Assembly: GCA_000934665.2 (NCBI GenBank)
Contig: KZ538670.1
Coordinates: 1 to 63,592, forward strand
Length of the DNA: 63,592 nucleotides
Direction of reading: 5' to 3'
Source of the DNA: Catajapyx aquilonaris
Taxonomy: Eukaryota
This document shows positions 1 to 12,546 of this stretch, one piece after another (the first letter of the stretch is position 1; the number at the start of each line of letters is the position of its first letter). Position numbers and translations under genes: made by a program. The notes beneath the pieces are model-generated. The model was not told the DNA's origin. It did no database searches and saw nothing but the letters and a program-made list of their open reading frames with translations.

Positions 1-430
1 CTCAGGTTCATTATCAACATTTACATCCCGCTAAGTAAGAAATTAACATAGTGGCAGCAATTTTTACCAGACCCCACAGAAATTCACTGTCCAAGGTACA
101 ATCGTATTTATTTCAGTTGTTAACTGTCAAATGAACTTCAAATTTGGTATCCTCCTAGCTCAATTGTTACTATTCATAATTATCCATTCTAAAGTCCAGA
201 TAATCTTAATGGAAACTTTTTATCACATCCTGTGTATAACCCCACCACTCCATTTTTTGGGAGTGTCCCAATATTTTCAGATCAGAGCAAGTATATGTTT
301 ACCTGGACTTGTTTGCAACCATATCTGTGTACAGTTGACTCGTACTGTACACTTTCTTTGGTGTGAACCTTGTGACAGCAGAGCTTTATGAAGGCTGGTA
401 CTACTTGTATGGTACCTGTGAAGTTTTATA

Positions 431-852
431 CAAGGACAGTACCAAAATGATTTACACTTTATTTTTTGGCCACAAATACAGGGCACTAGCAGGTCGGTAG
501 ATAGGCACATATTATTGAACGGACCGTTCTGGAGCAGAATGCACTGTCATCATAGGTATGGCAACCTCTCCAGGCCCTCCAGGAACAACCTTTAGGTGGT
601 GCTGCACACCCACTCCTGGACAACTGCTTCCTGTTCAGACAGTTGTTGATGGTGAGCAGTTGTCCGGGAGTGAGTGTGCTGCACCACCTAAAGGTGGTAC
701 CTGGAGGGCCTGGAGAGGTTGACATACCTGTGATGCCAGTGCATTCTGTTCCAGGAGGGTTCTATCGATAATGTGTGTCTATCTGCTGACCTGCAAGGGC
801 CCTGTATTTGTGGCAAAAAAATAAAGTGTAAATCATTTTGGTGGTGCCCTCG
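431..852. mobile_element. Mariner-type fold-back MITE in ZIP11 intron
   Basis: About 200-bp imperfect inverted arms with a short loop. TA flanks at 429-430 and 853-854. Right terminus reads TA-CGAGGGCA on the minus strand, typical of mariner TIRs. Confidence 0.85.
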
Positions 853-1422
853 TAAGTAGATGTTGGATAATATTATTACTCTTTGAAAGTCACCAAAATT
901 TGTGGATACTGTACATGCTCAAAAAATTGAATATGATGCTGTTTTAACTTATATGCAAGTTAAATTGTGTATAGAAATGAAACTTTAAAATGCCATTAGA
1001 GTATTTTTCGGCCATTCTATGCAATTGACCATATATTGTATGAAGGACGCTGCAACAGATTGGCATAATCATTTACTATTACAGAATTCACAGATTATCC
1101 CCAAGATAATACTCTGCAGGTGTCAAAAAGGTTGTTGTGTATTTCACTAGCAGACAACGTGAATGTTAAAAAGTGTCATTGTGTAGTGCAATACTGAGTT
1201 TACATTTGAATTTTAGAAGATATGGTACTGTGACAGTGAATATCCATACCATCCAGGGCTTATGGTTCTCTTAACTGCCACTTTTATACATTTAGTTATT
1301 CTTGACACAATACTTTATTACTGGCATCTCCTATTGGATTTTTGTGTGTGTGTGGATTTTGAAATTTGGCTGTCCATTCAGAGTTGCAATGTGCGTTCAA
1401 ATGGTGTCTTCTCTTTTTGCAG

Positions 1423-1492
1423 AAGGTATGGCTGTTGGTGTAGGTTTCGGAGCTGTGGGCTCAGCTGCGACAGCATCTTTTGAAGCTGCCAG
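1423..1492 (+). CDS. SLC39A11: ZIP11 zinc transporter, internal coding exon (first of four in window)
   Basis: Acceptor ctctttttgcAG at 1421-1422 and donor GTaaga at 1493. Encodes (E)GMAVGVGFGAVGSAATASFEAA(R), matching the ZIP11/GufA region after HNxPEG. 70 bp, phase 1 to phase 2. Confidence 0.96.
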
Positions 1493-2535
1493 GTAAGAAA
1501 AGAAAATTTGACTTTTCTCCCTAATTTAATGCACTGCCTAACGAATCACTGAGTATGGAATTCACGAGAGCAGGCCAATCTCTTGACCTACTTTATTGAG
1601 GTAATGAAAACATTGTGGGAAAATGAGTAATTGTCATGGTAATTTTTGGGGGGTTGTTTGGTGAGTGTTGAATAATTATTGATACTAATGAATCTGTTAT
1701 ATGTATTACAAAAGTTGTATCATAATTTGATGACAAATTATTATTATTATTATTATACAATGTTGCTTAAAATAATTACATGCTAATGAAAACATGTATC
1801 AAAATATCAGTCATTTTGCATTATATCTTACATAGTCCACAGGCCTGTAAATAGCAAACAGCAATTGTGATCCTCAAGTCTCCTGTGTACCAATAGCTCA
1901 TTTCAGGCAAGGAAAGGCAAATCTCATAAGCATAAAATGCCCAGTTTCCAAAATGCACCAGATGTAATCTAGTCAGAATGACTTGAAATTGACTCCCTGT
2001 ATTTTTAAATTGCTTATAGATGATGTTTTGAATTAATCCCTGTTCATTCTTTAAAATGACAAATTGTTGATCTGTCAAGCAATAAACACTTTAGAAATAC
2101 ACTTTCCAATGGTAAGAGTTCAGGGGGATGGGAAATCAGATGGATCTTTTGTGAATCATGTACATTTAGAGGGTAAATTCTCCACGTAAATGACGGAATA
2201 TTGCCTACTTCTCATATGCTTTTGTCTGAATGGCCAATCCCTCATAAGAGCTATTATCTGGGTGTCATGTTTGAGTGGTAACCTATATCCTGTGGAAATA
2301 CGACTGTTTGGTGACATATTTTGCTGTTCATTTTGCCCCAGTGCATGTAATATTTTGTAAGCAACTGAGGGATACAATAGTAAGTAGTCTATAATACAGA
2401 ATATTTGCTTCATGACAATCACATTTATGACCATTATAATGAAGGACCACTGTCCATGGGCCTAAATAAATCAGCAACAGGTCTGCCAGTTTGTAGCATT
2501 TTTTCAGCACAATGGGAGAGAGATTAAATTATCTG

Positions 2536-2600
<65 letters not shown>
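2536..2600. repeat. (ATT)n microsatellite
   Basis: Perfect trinucleotide run. Confidence 0.98.
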
Positions 2601-5600
2601 GGCATAAGTCAATAATGCACATTCTGGAAGTTCTAAACCAATTGAAATTTTTAGTTCGCATTTTATAAGCCAGCAGAATTCAGTCCTACAGCACCTGACC
2701 TTATTGGTGTAGAGACTGTAGACTGTACAAGTGTACAGTGAGCAATTGATGAAATCCCCCAATTCAAGACAGGGATAGGTGGAGAACTTATGGATTGTTT
2801 ACCCCAGCCATCAGTTTTAAAAGAAGAAACCCCTTGGAAGCAACAATCAGGGCCACATTCACTTGCCGTGATAGGCGTGATTGTTCTCTTCAAACTGTCC
2901 TCTGGTAACTTCTCCCACACCTTCATTGTTGAACTGTGGACTGGCACAGTATACCACCCCATGTGTCACCTTCATATCACCTTATACCTGAAAGCTGCTG
3001 CTGAATGTCCTTCCTGCTGTGTGCCGAGTAAAATGTCAAAATAACTAATAGAATAACGTTGGGCTAAGTTGATAGTGTAATGTAAATGTAGTGTACTTTA
3101 ATTAGAAGGCACGAATTACATTATATGGGACTATTTTTTTTATTTTTTTGGTACCAATATGTGACTGCCAAACCAAAATGCGGTCCTGCAGTGTATATGA
3201 TATATAAGGTCACATCCATAAAATCACTGCTGATGTATGTGAACGAACTAGAATATAAGCAATCATCATTCTTTTTCCTAGTTGAAAGCCCCTCCCATCT
3301 AGAGCCAGCTCTTCCTTCTCTCTCCATATGTACACCCGTATCCTAGACATGTGGCCAGCAGCATGCGCAGCACCTTTACCTTCACCTGGCCAGCATGTTA
3401 TTTGCAAGCGGCAGGTGTCTTCCTCGTGCCCTGCACAATAAGCTCGCCAGGTGTGCATTAGGACTTTCTCGGCATTTTTCTCCAGGAGCAACCAACCTCG
3501 CAGGGTGCTCCACATAGCCTTTACATTTTTTTTTTTTTTTTGGGGGGGGGGGGGGTTGTTACATATTGGCGGAGTTTTTTATTGCGGGTGGGAGTATCAC
3601 GTGCGGGTGGAGATTAATAAAAGGATGGTTGCAAACTAGTAGTTTAGAGTTTCAGCTGGCATCTGTTTTCTGGGAAAGGGCTGGGATAAGGCGGTGGTTG
3701 TTTTTGAGGGAGGTGGTATATAGGGGTAATATCATAATATTGTGATGAGGGAGGCGGTGCGGTTTCTTTATGTGGATGGAATGGTTGTTTTAAAGATGGC
3801 GTGAACTGAATTGGTAATTTTTGGGTACTGGCAATTATTCGGGGAATATTGTGCATGAATAAGAGGCAATAGAGGGTTGTAAAGCAAGAGGGGAAATCTC
3901 CACCTTAGGTCTGCTATGCTAACAATCGTGTATGAATCTTTTCCCGAATTTACGCTACTATTAAAAATGATTCGCGATGACCTTTATATCTCAGAGTAAG
4001 GGGCTAGAGTAGGTTAACGCGGCTGGGGGCAGTGGATGTGTCGCAAAAACGGAGCATGTAGGCAGAAGGATAGGAGTGTATCCGCTGAAGATAGGTCTGT
4101 ATACGAAATGAAGGTTAGGTTAGGTTGGGTTGGTACAGCATACCTTTTTTCCTGCCACATTCGGTCTGTCATTACGAAATCCAAAAAAATCAATATTGCA
4201 GCCTTGCGTTTGCGACACAGCCACTGACCCCGTCCACTACTCGCCCTCCCGACTTCTGCGGTGCCTCTCTTCTCTACTTCTTCCGTGCATAAATATTTGC
4301 ATCCAAGCGAGCATGAAGCGCTAAAAATATGGCAATGACAATAATTCACGTCAACACGGGTAACCTGTAATTTTTTTTAAATGTCAGGAGCGTCGATGAT
4401 TTATATAACAGGTTTGCACGTAACATGTACGAATGTACAGGCGTGTAGTAATGGCATTGTCGTCTGAAGAAAGTCCCGCGCGTATGCAGGAACGGAGGCC
4501 ACTTGTTACCTGGGCAGCTGGGGAGGACCGGGAATCGAACCCGGATGAAGGCAAGAGGTATGCAGAGCATCACAGCAGCATCGCCTACCGTATGCTAGCA
4601 CACGGTAGCACAGGTTGCGAAGGAAGAATGCAGTGGGGCAGGTTGCTTCCTCTCTTGCCTCATAGCGCCTATCTGGAAATCATGCCGCAAGACCACATTC
4701 CATTTTTTTACCCCTCTCTCACCCCCTTCCCCTTATCCGCCTCCACTTATAACCTTGTAGTGATATTAGGTAATAGGTTCAAATTTTGAGGAGGGGGGGT
4801 GCCCTTTTTTTTAACCATTCGCGAATCATTCGAAAGGTGTGCTTAACAGCTGTCAGCACAGCTGCGAAGACAAAGTCATGTGGAGGGCGCTGAACTCCGT
4901 ATTAAGCGGGTTGGGAATATATGCTTGTATACGTGGATAGGTTCTAAATGTGGGACGGAGCGTCTTTTTTTTATATAGTAACTTTAGGTTTGACGAATAT
5001 GTATCGGAGAACTATCTTTTGCTCTGTGTTCGGTTTTAGTGATTGGACGTAACCGCGACTGCCGACTGGCACGAATTCCTCCATATAGATAATGAAGCCT
5101 TTCCTGTTTTATTTGTGTTTTAAATGCGTACATGTTTTGGTGAATTGTTACGTTACATCAAGTTTAATTGGAGTGATCATTGAATTTTTTTTTACCTGGC
5201 ATTTCAGATTTGAATTGAATTTATTGGCATCCAGTGAGCTATGTTTATGAAGATCACCCGGCATGTAAGATTAAACACCACTCCAAGGGTAGCAAAAATG
5301 CCAACCTTTTCTGGTAGCCTATACATAAATAATTTCATGGTTAGATTCTGCGTCATGGCGTCGTCACACAGTTGGCGAAAGGATATAACTTAATATCGTG
5401 GAAAATTCGAGCAAAATGTATGTTTAAAAATATAATTGCAGATTTGCTTTGATTTATTGAAAGAATCGTGGCGACTCAGCACTCAGGCCACGAGGCATGA
5501 ATAGTGACAGGTGTGTAGTGTGATACTGTGTAGTAGCGTGTGACTACACCAACGTCTACAGACATTTATGGGAACTTTGATCTTTCCGCGACTGATTGTC

Positions 5601-6950
5601 CGAGAGTGTCCGAGTCTTTTGGCTCGGTCTAATACTACGTATACGGTTTGCCTATCTCCGAAACCCATGTATAGAGTATTTGAAGAATCTTCACCAAGAA
5701 AATGACAGATGCTATGTTGGAGATGGTATACGTTATGCCTACGTCAAGAATTTATTTTATATGGCCTATTGAGTGATCGATGGTAAAGTCAGAACAGGTG
5801 ATTAATCATATATGAATTATATGGATTGACCACTTGTTCTGGGTTTACGATCACACAACTGCCCCTTATAGTACCCGCAGTGATGTTTCAGTTGCTACCA
5901 TTTGGCTGAACGACAGGGCCTAAAATCCTGCGCAGTCTATTAATTACAGGCGTTATTGTTGTCGGGTACATGTCTTGGAAGCATTTGCTCAAGGTGGCAC
6001 TAGGTGTAATGGCAATATGCCGAGAGTTTCCTGCTATTGTCAGCATCGCCCGAGTATTAATTTTGGAAGGTTTCATATTGACACAGTTAGCAATTTTCAC
6101 ACTCGCCATCTCCAGGAAATGCTAATATTCTATGCCGCAGCTGTGTAGACGATGTTGTGACCTTCCATTTTTCCGTCACCTATCCAAAAATAGCTGGTCC
6201 CACCCTCCACATCTAATTGGGTTCGCCAGCTGACAAACCGGCAATAAACATCATGCTGTGCCAATGTGGGGGACTTTTAAAATATATTAGGTCTGATTGT
6301 GTGTAGTTTTGAAGTGGTATTGAAACGCGCGCTCACAAAGAGGTGACAACATCGCATCGCCGTGAATTGCCGGCAAGTTAGTCGCGATTAGTCGTGTGTA
6401 TGGAGGCTCAGGTCGTCGCCAGAACCTCGTTAGTTGCTTCCATTCAAAGGTTAGGTTAAGGAAAGGTGATAGGGAGAGAGGAAGGGTTGTTGTGGAATAT
6501 TGCTGGGAAGTAGAGACAAATTGACGTATAGAACCCAGTTGTGTGTGTTCTGATGTAAAATATTGCATATTCTGTATGTAGTATCTGTCAAAAAAAATAG
6601 TTTTGGCCAGACGTATCCTGGCACGATACAACCAACAGGACTATTTCTCCCAAAATTTCTCCTCTTTCTCTCCCCATAGGCTGTACTTTCGAAGAGTGCT
6701 GAATGCTGATGGTTGCATAACGTCTGACCAAAGATTTGTTTAAATTTTTAGCTGATATACCTGTCAGTGTTCTTTGATAATGCTGATACATAATTAAGTC
6801 GTTGTTGTGGAATGAACATTTTCTGTGATTCTCCACGTCATTCTAGCCTGAATGGTCTGAAATGATAATGATCTGCAATGTGAACATTTTGTAGGGGTGG
6901 GCACTGATGGTTCTAACTAGGATAATGGTGTATTGTACTTTTGCTTTCAG

Positions 6951-7049
6951 GAACCTGGCCATTGGGATTGGCCTACAAAACTTTCCGGAGGGTTTGGCTG
7001 TGAGTCTTCCGCTCAAAGGTGCTGGAATGTCCACCTTTAAGAGTTTCTG
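6951..7049 (+). CDS. SLC39A11: ZIP11 zinc transporter, internal coding exon
   Basis: Acceptor ttgctttcAG and donor GTgagt. Encodes [32 protein letters not shown](W), containing the ZIP11 QNFPEG metal-site motif. 99 bp, phase-compatible with both flanking exons. Confidence 0.97.
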
Positions 7050-8349
7050 GTGAGTTTGATTTTGTTCACTCTTCCGCAAGTTTTTTTTTTCATGACTATT
7101 TTATTACGTTTTGTGTGAATGGAAGGGTTAAATAGCGATATGTTAACTCCGTAATTAATTTTAACTATGTCCATACATTAAAGCACTTTCCGACGGAATT
7201 TACAAATTCCATCTAAACTTTTAGGTGAGTTCACAGGCGCGAGAGTCGGTGAATTTCCCCCGATGCGGACGTCAGATAACGTCGGGGACACACGGTACAC
7301 TGGGAGAAAATCCTGGACAGTTCGATCACCAATGCGCCACTGTCGTTGAACACCAAGTCAACTTTCCGGGGGCACGGTATGTTGTCGTTTCACCCTGCCC
7401 CTGGGAAGTAGACTTGATGGCAGACAAAAGGAGAGCAAGGTTAGCGAACTGTCCAGGATGAAAGAAGGTCCTCGAGGTCACGTTCTTTTGCACTGCTTTC
7501 AACATAGCTTATCAAATTGGTTTTTTAAAGTGTCTGGGATGACCGAAGTAATGTATTCGTTTATGATGTATAGGAGAGTTATCCAATTTAATATCTATTT
7601 TGTAAGAATAAATGACGACGTGTAGAATTACTATAGTATGTTCAGAAAGTGCTTTTTTGTTTATAGCTTACTACTATAGTTGTTAACTATTAATGCTCTT
7701 AGCATATTACAGTTCTCTGCCAAATTCAAACAGAAAAGTCACAGGTGTACTCCACATACAGGGTATTACAAAATATTTAGTTCAGGTTCCTTGCGAATTT
7801 ATAAGCCGAAATTGCATTATAGTTGATTTCGGCTATTTAGGCTTCCTTACGGAGATGGTAGCATGCGAGTTACAAGTGCAAGTAATAGGGATCATCCTGT
7901 GGGTTATGCTAACCCACATGGAGCCGTGCTACAAGGGCCACCTGATATGTAGGATGATCCTTATTAGTTATTACTTAATATGTTTCATGCGAAGAACACT
8001 ACTAGTAACTTATATTGGGTGTTGGAATAAGCCACGAGAAAACTTCCGCCCTTTCCAGTGGATTCAGCTGCTTTCCTTCTTAAGGGCACGTTATGACTGC
8101 ATAACTTGTATGTGTTAATGGGCCTAAAAATAACTCGTCGACTTCTCTTTTTTTTCTTCTTTTAAGAAGGAAGCACTTAACGTTTATGTCGGTCGTGTAA
8201 TTCGGTGAATTTACAGCTCCGCGTAGGGCTTCAAATGCGATAATGTGCTGTAAATGAGTTCGGTATCATTTGACCTGTCATCTGACCAGGTAGGTCCAAG
8301 TGTCCAAGCGTTTCTGGAGGCGGTCTTGTAAAGAAGTCTTTTGTAAATA

Positions 8350-8661
8350 CAGTCGAACCCCGATTATCCGTCATCAACGGGACTGGGACTTCGTCGGATA
8401 ACCGTAAAGGTCGGATAATCCGAGGAGTTAAAAAAACTTTAATAAAACACAACAAAAAACATAAAAACATGACATAACGTACAATATTATGGTTTTTTAA
8501 GAAATAGTGAAGTATCTTTTACACACACTCTACTGTACTGCATTTACAGTTGAACTACGGCAGAACTAACAAATGCGTAGAGCCGTAGCACATTACATTA
8601 TTTCATGAAAAAACCAGATTTATCGCCGGAGCGGGACGGTCGGATAATCGTGGTTCTAATG
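8350..8661. mobile_element. Tigger/pogo-like MITE
   Basis: TA|CAGTCGAACCCCGATTATCCG ... CGGATAATCGTGGTTCTAATG|TA terminal inverted repeats, with internal repeats of CGGATAATC. Confidence 0.8.
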
Positions 8662-8990
8662 TATGCTGAACGTTATACCAAGTAATGAAGAACAGGAGGA
8701 CCAGTTTCTTTTTTATGATATTTGACAGTTGAGAATGGCTGCGACATCTTGTCCTTATGGTATCCATCAGTGCCTTTTGTCATATTGTAACGAATTTGTT
8801 GCAGTGTAATCTACTGCCCATTTGTAAGGTTCGCTCACTTGTCACTTGTCAGATGAAAGTGAGCAGGCCATCAGTACGCGGACGTGATTACGTATAAGTC
8901 CAGGTAAAGCTATCCTCACATATGGCTTGTCTACAAGTACTAGTGGACCAAAGTATAGGATATACCTGCCAGAATGGATTTTACGATGTA

Positions 8991-9203
8991 CAGTCGGCTA
9001 AAGGAGTATGTTACCATACCCCTAACCTAGAAATTAGCCTCCAACAGAGGTGCTGCCTAGGGGAGTGAGATTTATTCTATCAGGGGGAAGCAGCACCTCT
9101 GTTCTTCCCCCTGATACAATAAATCTCACTCCCCTAGGCAGCACCTCTCTTGGAGGCTAATTTCTAGGTTAGGGGTCTGGTAACATACTCCTTTAACCGA
9201 CTG
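8991..9203. mobile_element. Palindromic Tc1/mariner-class MITE (CAGTCG termini)
   Basis: 100-bp inverted arms (8991-9090 and 9104-9203) with few mismatches, a 13-nt loop and TA target duplication. Confidence 0.85.
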
Positions 9204-9554
9204 TACCCGGATACTACACGTATACACTGGAAGAGCTGAGTTCACACGAGCGTTGCAGTTGGACCGAATTCAACGCACCTGTACAGTCAAGGGTACAGTA
9301 CCCCTGCTGGAAACCTCCACCTGGGTATCGACTGGAAGCATGATGATGACAATCTGAATCGGTGATGTCTGGTTCGAGCATCAACAATCCGAACCGTGAC
9401 TGTTTGCATTTCGACACTCTTCCCGCCATTTTGCTCTTCCGCCAGGTTGCCGATATTCCCCATGCAAATGGGGCAGGTAGATCTGCATTGATAGTAGATG
9501 TAACAGTTGTCATGATTAATCATGAGCATATTAATAGGTGTTGTTCCGCTTCAG

Positions 9555-9713
9555 GTACGGGCAGCTGAGCGGCATGGTGGAGCCGGTGGCGGGAGTGTTC
9601 GGAGCCTTCGCCGTACAGCTGGTGCAGCCATCGCTGCCGTACTGCCTCTCCTTCGCTGCTGGGGCCATGATATACGTCGTCATGGACGACATCGTGCCGG
9701 AGAGTAACCAAAG
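9555..9713 (+). CDS. SLC39A11: ZIP11 zinc transporter, internal coding exon
   Basis: Acceptor ttccgcttcAG and donor GTgaca. Encodes YGQLSGMVEPVAGVFGAFAVQLVQPSLPYCLSFAAGAMIYVVMDDIVPESNQ(S). 159 bp. Confidence 0.97.
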
Positions 9714-10264
9714 GTGACAACAATGCCCCTCAGTTTCTGCACGACTTTTCGGGACACCGTCCGGCCCCCCCTACCAATTTTTTGTCCTTTTTTTATTCCT
9801 TGAGGATAAGGGGGTAGCCTCCAGCTTCCTTCCCATGTGAACGCGCCCCCTGCTGACCCGAAAAGCACAGCCATCCCTCCACTACACCGGAAACGGGAGG
9901 CAGTTTTTGTGGGCGCGGTGTTGCCATGTTGGACCGAAGGGGGAGGTCAGGGTGGGGATGGGGTTGCTAACCTCAAGTGGGCCATAGGGTGGGCTATTTT
10001 CTTCCTCAAGGGGGTCAAGTGGAAGGGCTAGACACATCAACGCCATAACACACTTGCGTATTTTGGCCATGATTGTTCGGGCCTGATTGCCGACAATATT
10101 GGATTCGGGGATTTTTGAGCATTTTTGGGACAAAATATGGTCGATATTTTAAAATGTAGACCTGTTAGGTATTCGTGTGGACTAAATGCGACGGAGCGTT
10201 AAATTACATAAGAGGTGAATTGGTATTGCGTGTGGTATATTTTTGTTTCTTTTTACCTTGACAG

Positions 10265-10343
10265 TGGGAACGGGAAGCTGGCTTCATGGGGAGCAGTAGT
10301 CGGATTCGTACTCATGATGTGCCTCGACGTGGGATTGGGATAG
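10265..10343 (+). CDS. SLC39A11: ZIP11 zinc transporter, terminal coding exon with stop
   Basis: Acceptor ttttaccttgacAG. Encodes GNGKLASWGAVVGFVLMMCLDVGLG then TAG (10341-10343), the typical ZIP11 C-terminus. Confidence 0.97.
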
Positions 10344-10765
10344 CCCTACTTCCCAACCCTTCTTTTTTCATGTGTTCCTTCCTCTGCTGGACCAAGTTTG
10401 CAACAGGAGACCTTTGACCTACGGCTCATCATATGGCAGGGACCAGGACAGGAAGTGCTTCCGTTTTCAGACCTCAGACCAAGTGTTTTAATCATTCAGG
10501 TAGCTGGAATACCTGCTGCACAAAGGGGTTCAATAATTGTTGGGGTTCTGTTATTGCTGTGAGTTATGTTATTTTTTAATTGTATGATTACTATTTGCAC
10601 GGGACTACCTTTGGTTGCTCCTGAAACATTCCGTGGTGCCCCAGGAATGTGTTTTAATCAAACAACTGGGCAAAGTGTTATGATTTTGTGGGTTTTACGG
10701 CCCTGGGGTTGCGTGATATTACACCATGATAGTTGTATTTTTATGTTGAGGGGAAAGTTGGGAAA

Positions 10766-10771
10766 AATAAA
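10766..10771 (+). terminator. Candidate polyadenylation signal of ZIP11
   Basis: AATAAA about 420 nt after the stop codon, followed by GT-rich sequence (gtttgttct...tgtgttc). Confidence 0.45.
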
Positions 10772-11734
10772 AGTTTCCAAGTTTGTTCTACACAATGTGT
10801 TCGGAATTTTTAATCACCCCCCTTGGAGATTCGACCTCCAATTAGGGCCACCAAGGGGCAGTCCATTTAGGCCGATTCTGTGAATGCAAATTATGGGAAA
10901 ATCTTGATTTTTTTAATTATTTTTTCGTTCTTACTACCGGCTTTATATGGCCTGTTCACACAGTCACTTTTATTCACCCGAGTATCTGTGCGTCTAATGT
11001 ACGCGTGAAGTGGAAAAATTAAAAAGGTTGCTGTGTGATCAAACCCTTATGGTGTGTATATTTAGCTCAAGATAGAAGCTCATTTATGCATGTATGAATT
11101 GAGCTTCTGAAGTTCTCCGGTGTGTGTACATATCATTAGAACATAATTATAAAGTGCCTGCAAACTCCGGCCAAAAATTGAAACCAGGATATGATCAGAT
11201 GACCCAGGTTGGGTTGAGTGGCAGGTGCAGGCCAGGCTAGACCGCAGATGTATGGTAGGCCCAAAAAGTGGCAACCCTGCGGGTAGGCAGCACATGATGA
11301 GGAAGCGCGGGAAGCAGCAACCGGAAGCGGAAGTGGAGTGACGAGCAGCACGTCATGCTGGCACTTTGGCCAGGCCCAGCGGACGGACCACTTGCTGGAT
11401 GGGATCATGGAATAGGATGGCCAACTCTTGGATGGTCCCACAGCCCCTGCTCACGGTAAGTCCGCAACATTTTTCTCCGGAGGGCTGATGCGGGTCGTGG
11501 TATCAGATGTTCCTCAGCGATGATAGTAGGGTCGTGGTACTTTAAAAAACGACTGGCGGGAATGTAGTCATCAGGGCCTAGGAATATGGTGTGACACACA
11601 CCGGTACGCTGGCATAGCCGCGTGTCTTTCGCCGAATGCCGGTACCTAGGGATAAAGGACTTCTTTTCTCCATTATGATATACAAAATGTATATAGCCTA
11701 CTACTCGTATCATTCACAAGCATGGTGGGAGACA

Positions 11735-12546
11735 TAGTCCGGTCCCTAAGCGTTTTAATTTTGCACTTTGTGATAAAAGGTGCCACTTGGTACACATGTT
11801 CCGCTGGCCAATAGGAGCCATTTGAGAGATTGCGGCACCTGATGGACCCCTTAGGTCAAGAGTTATGCGGTGTTGTCAACCTGTTCCGGGACCTATGCGT
11901 TTTTAACGGTTTTTAACTGCATTTGGTGATAAGAAGGTGCTACTTGCAAGACATGTTGTCTAGGCCTATAGGAGCTATTTGGGAGATGGCGCCACCGGAT
12001 CGGCCCCTTAGGTCAAAAAGAGAGGGGAAAAAACATTCATCCCCTCTGCACGTACCCCAGTTTCTAGAAAATTCCGTAATTGACAAGTTTTCGCTATACT
12101 CAGGGTCCGTTGTGGACAGATGTCACCTCATTACCTTGTAATACATCGGCAGAGTGCATCTGCATCATTTTCTGCCATTCTCATGCGGTTTTATCCGACT
12201 TTTAGGACATTTCCATGTTTTGAGCATCATGGGTTGGCATTCTTGGCAACACCGCATAACTCGAGACCTAAGGGGCCGATCAGGTGCCGCCATCTCTCAA
12301 ATGGCTCCTATTGGCCTAGGGAACATAATTATTTGCCAAATTGTACTTTCTTATCACAAAATGCAAAGTTAAAAACGCTTAGGTCATCCCGGACCAGGTT
12401 GGCAACACCAAATAACTCGTGACCTAAGGGGCCGATCAGGTTCCGCCAACTCTCAAATGAATCCTACAGGCCTACGGAACCAAGTGGCACCTTCTTATCA
12501 CAAAGTGCAAAATTAGGCCTGTTTTTTGCGCTTAGGTCCCGGACTA
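11735..12546. mobile_element. Non-autonomous DNA transposon with long modular TIRs, Academ-like
   Basis: Termini TAGTCCGG...CCGGACTA and 3-bp TSD ACA (11732-11734 and 12547-12549). Each arm has about two copies of a ~150-bp module. TAG..CTA ends with a 3-bp TSD fit the Academ superfamily; the superfamily call is an inference. Confidence 0.75.

Noticed and set aside
2663..2962. Possible Tc1 transposase C-terminus (KVWEKLPEDSLKRTI)
   Set aside because: Too short and degenerate; no catalytic motifs or TIRs.
4112..4132. TTAGG telomere-like repeats
   Set aside because: Only two or three units, which is common inside insect repeats; not an interstitial telomere array.
4515..4600. Minus-strand B box (GGTTCGATTCC) with a weak A box
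   Set aside because: No cloverleaf; at most a decayed SINE head.
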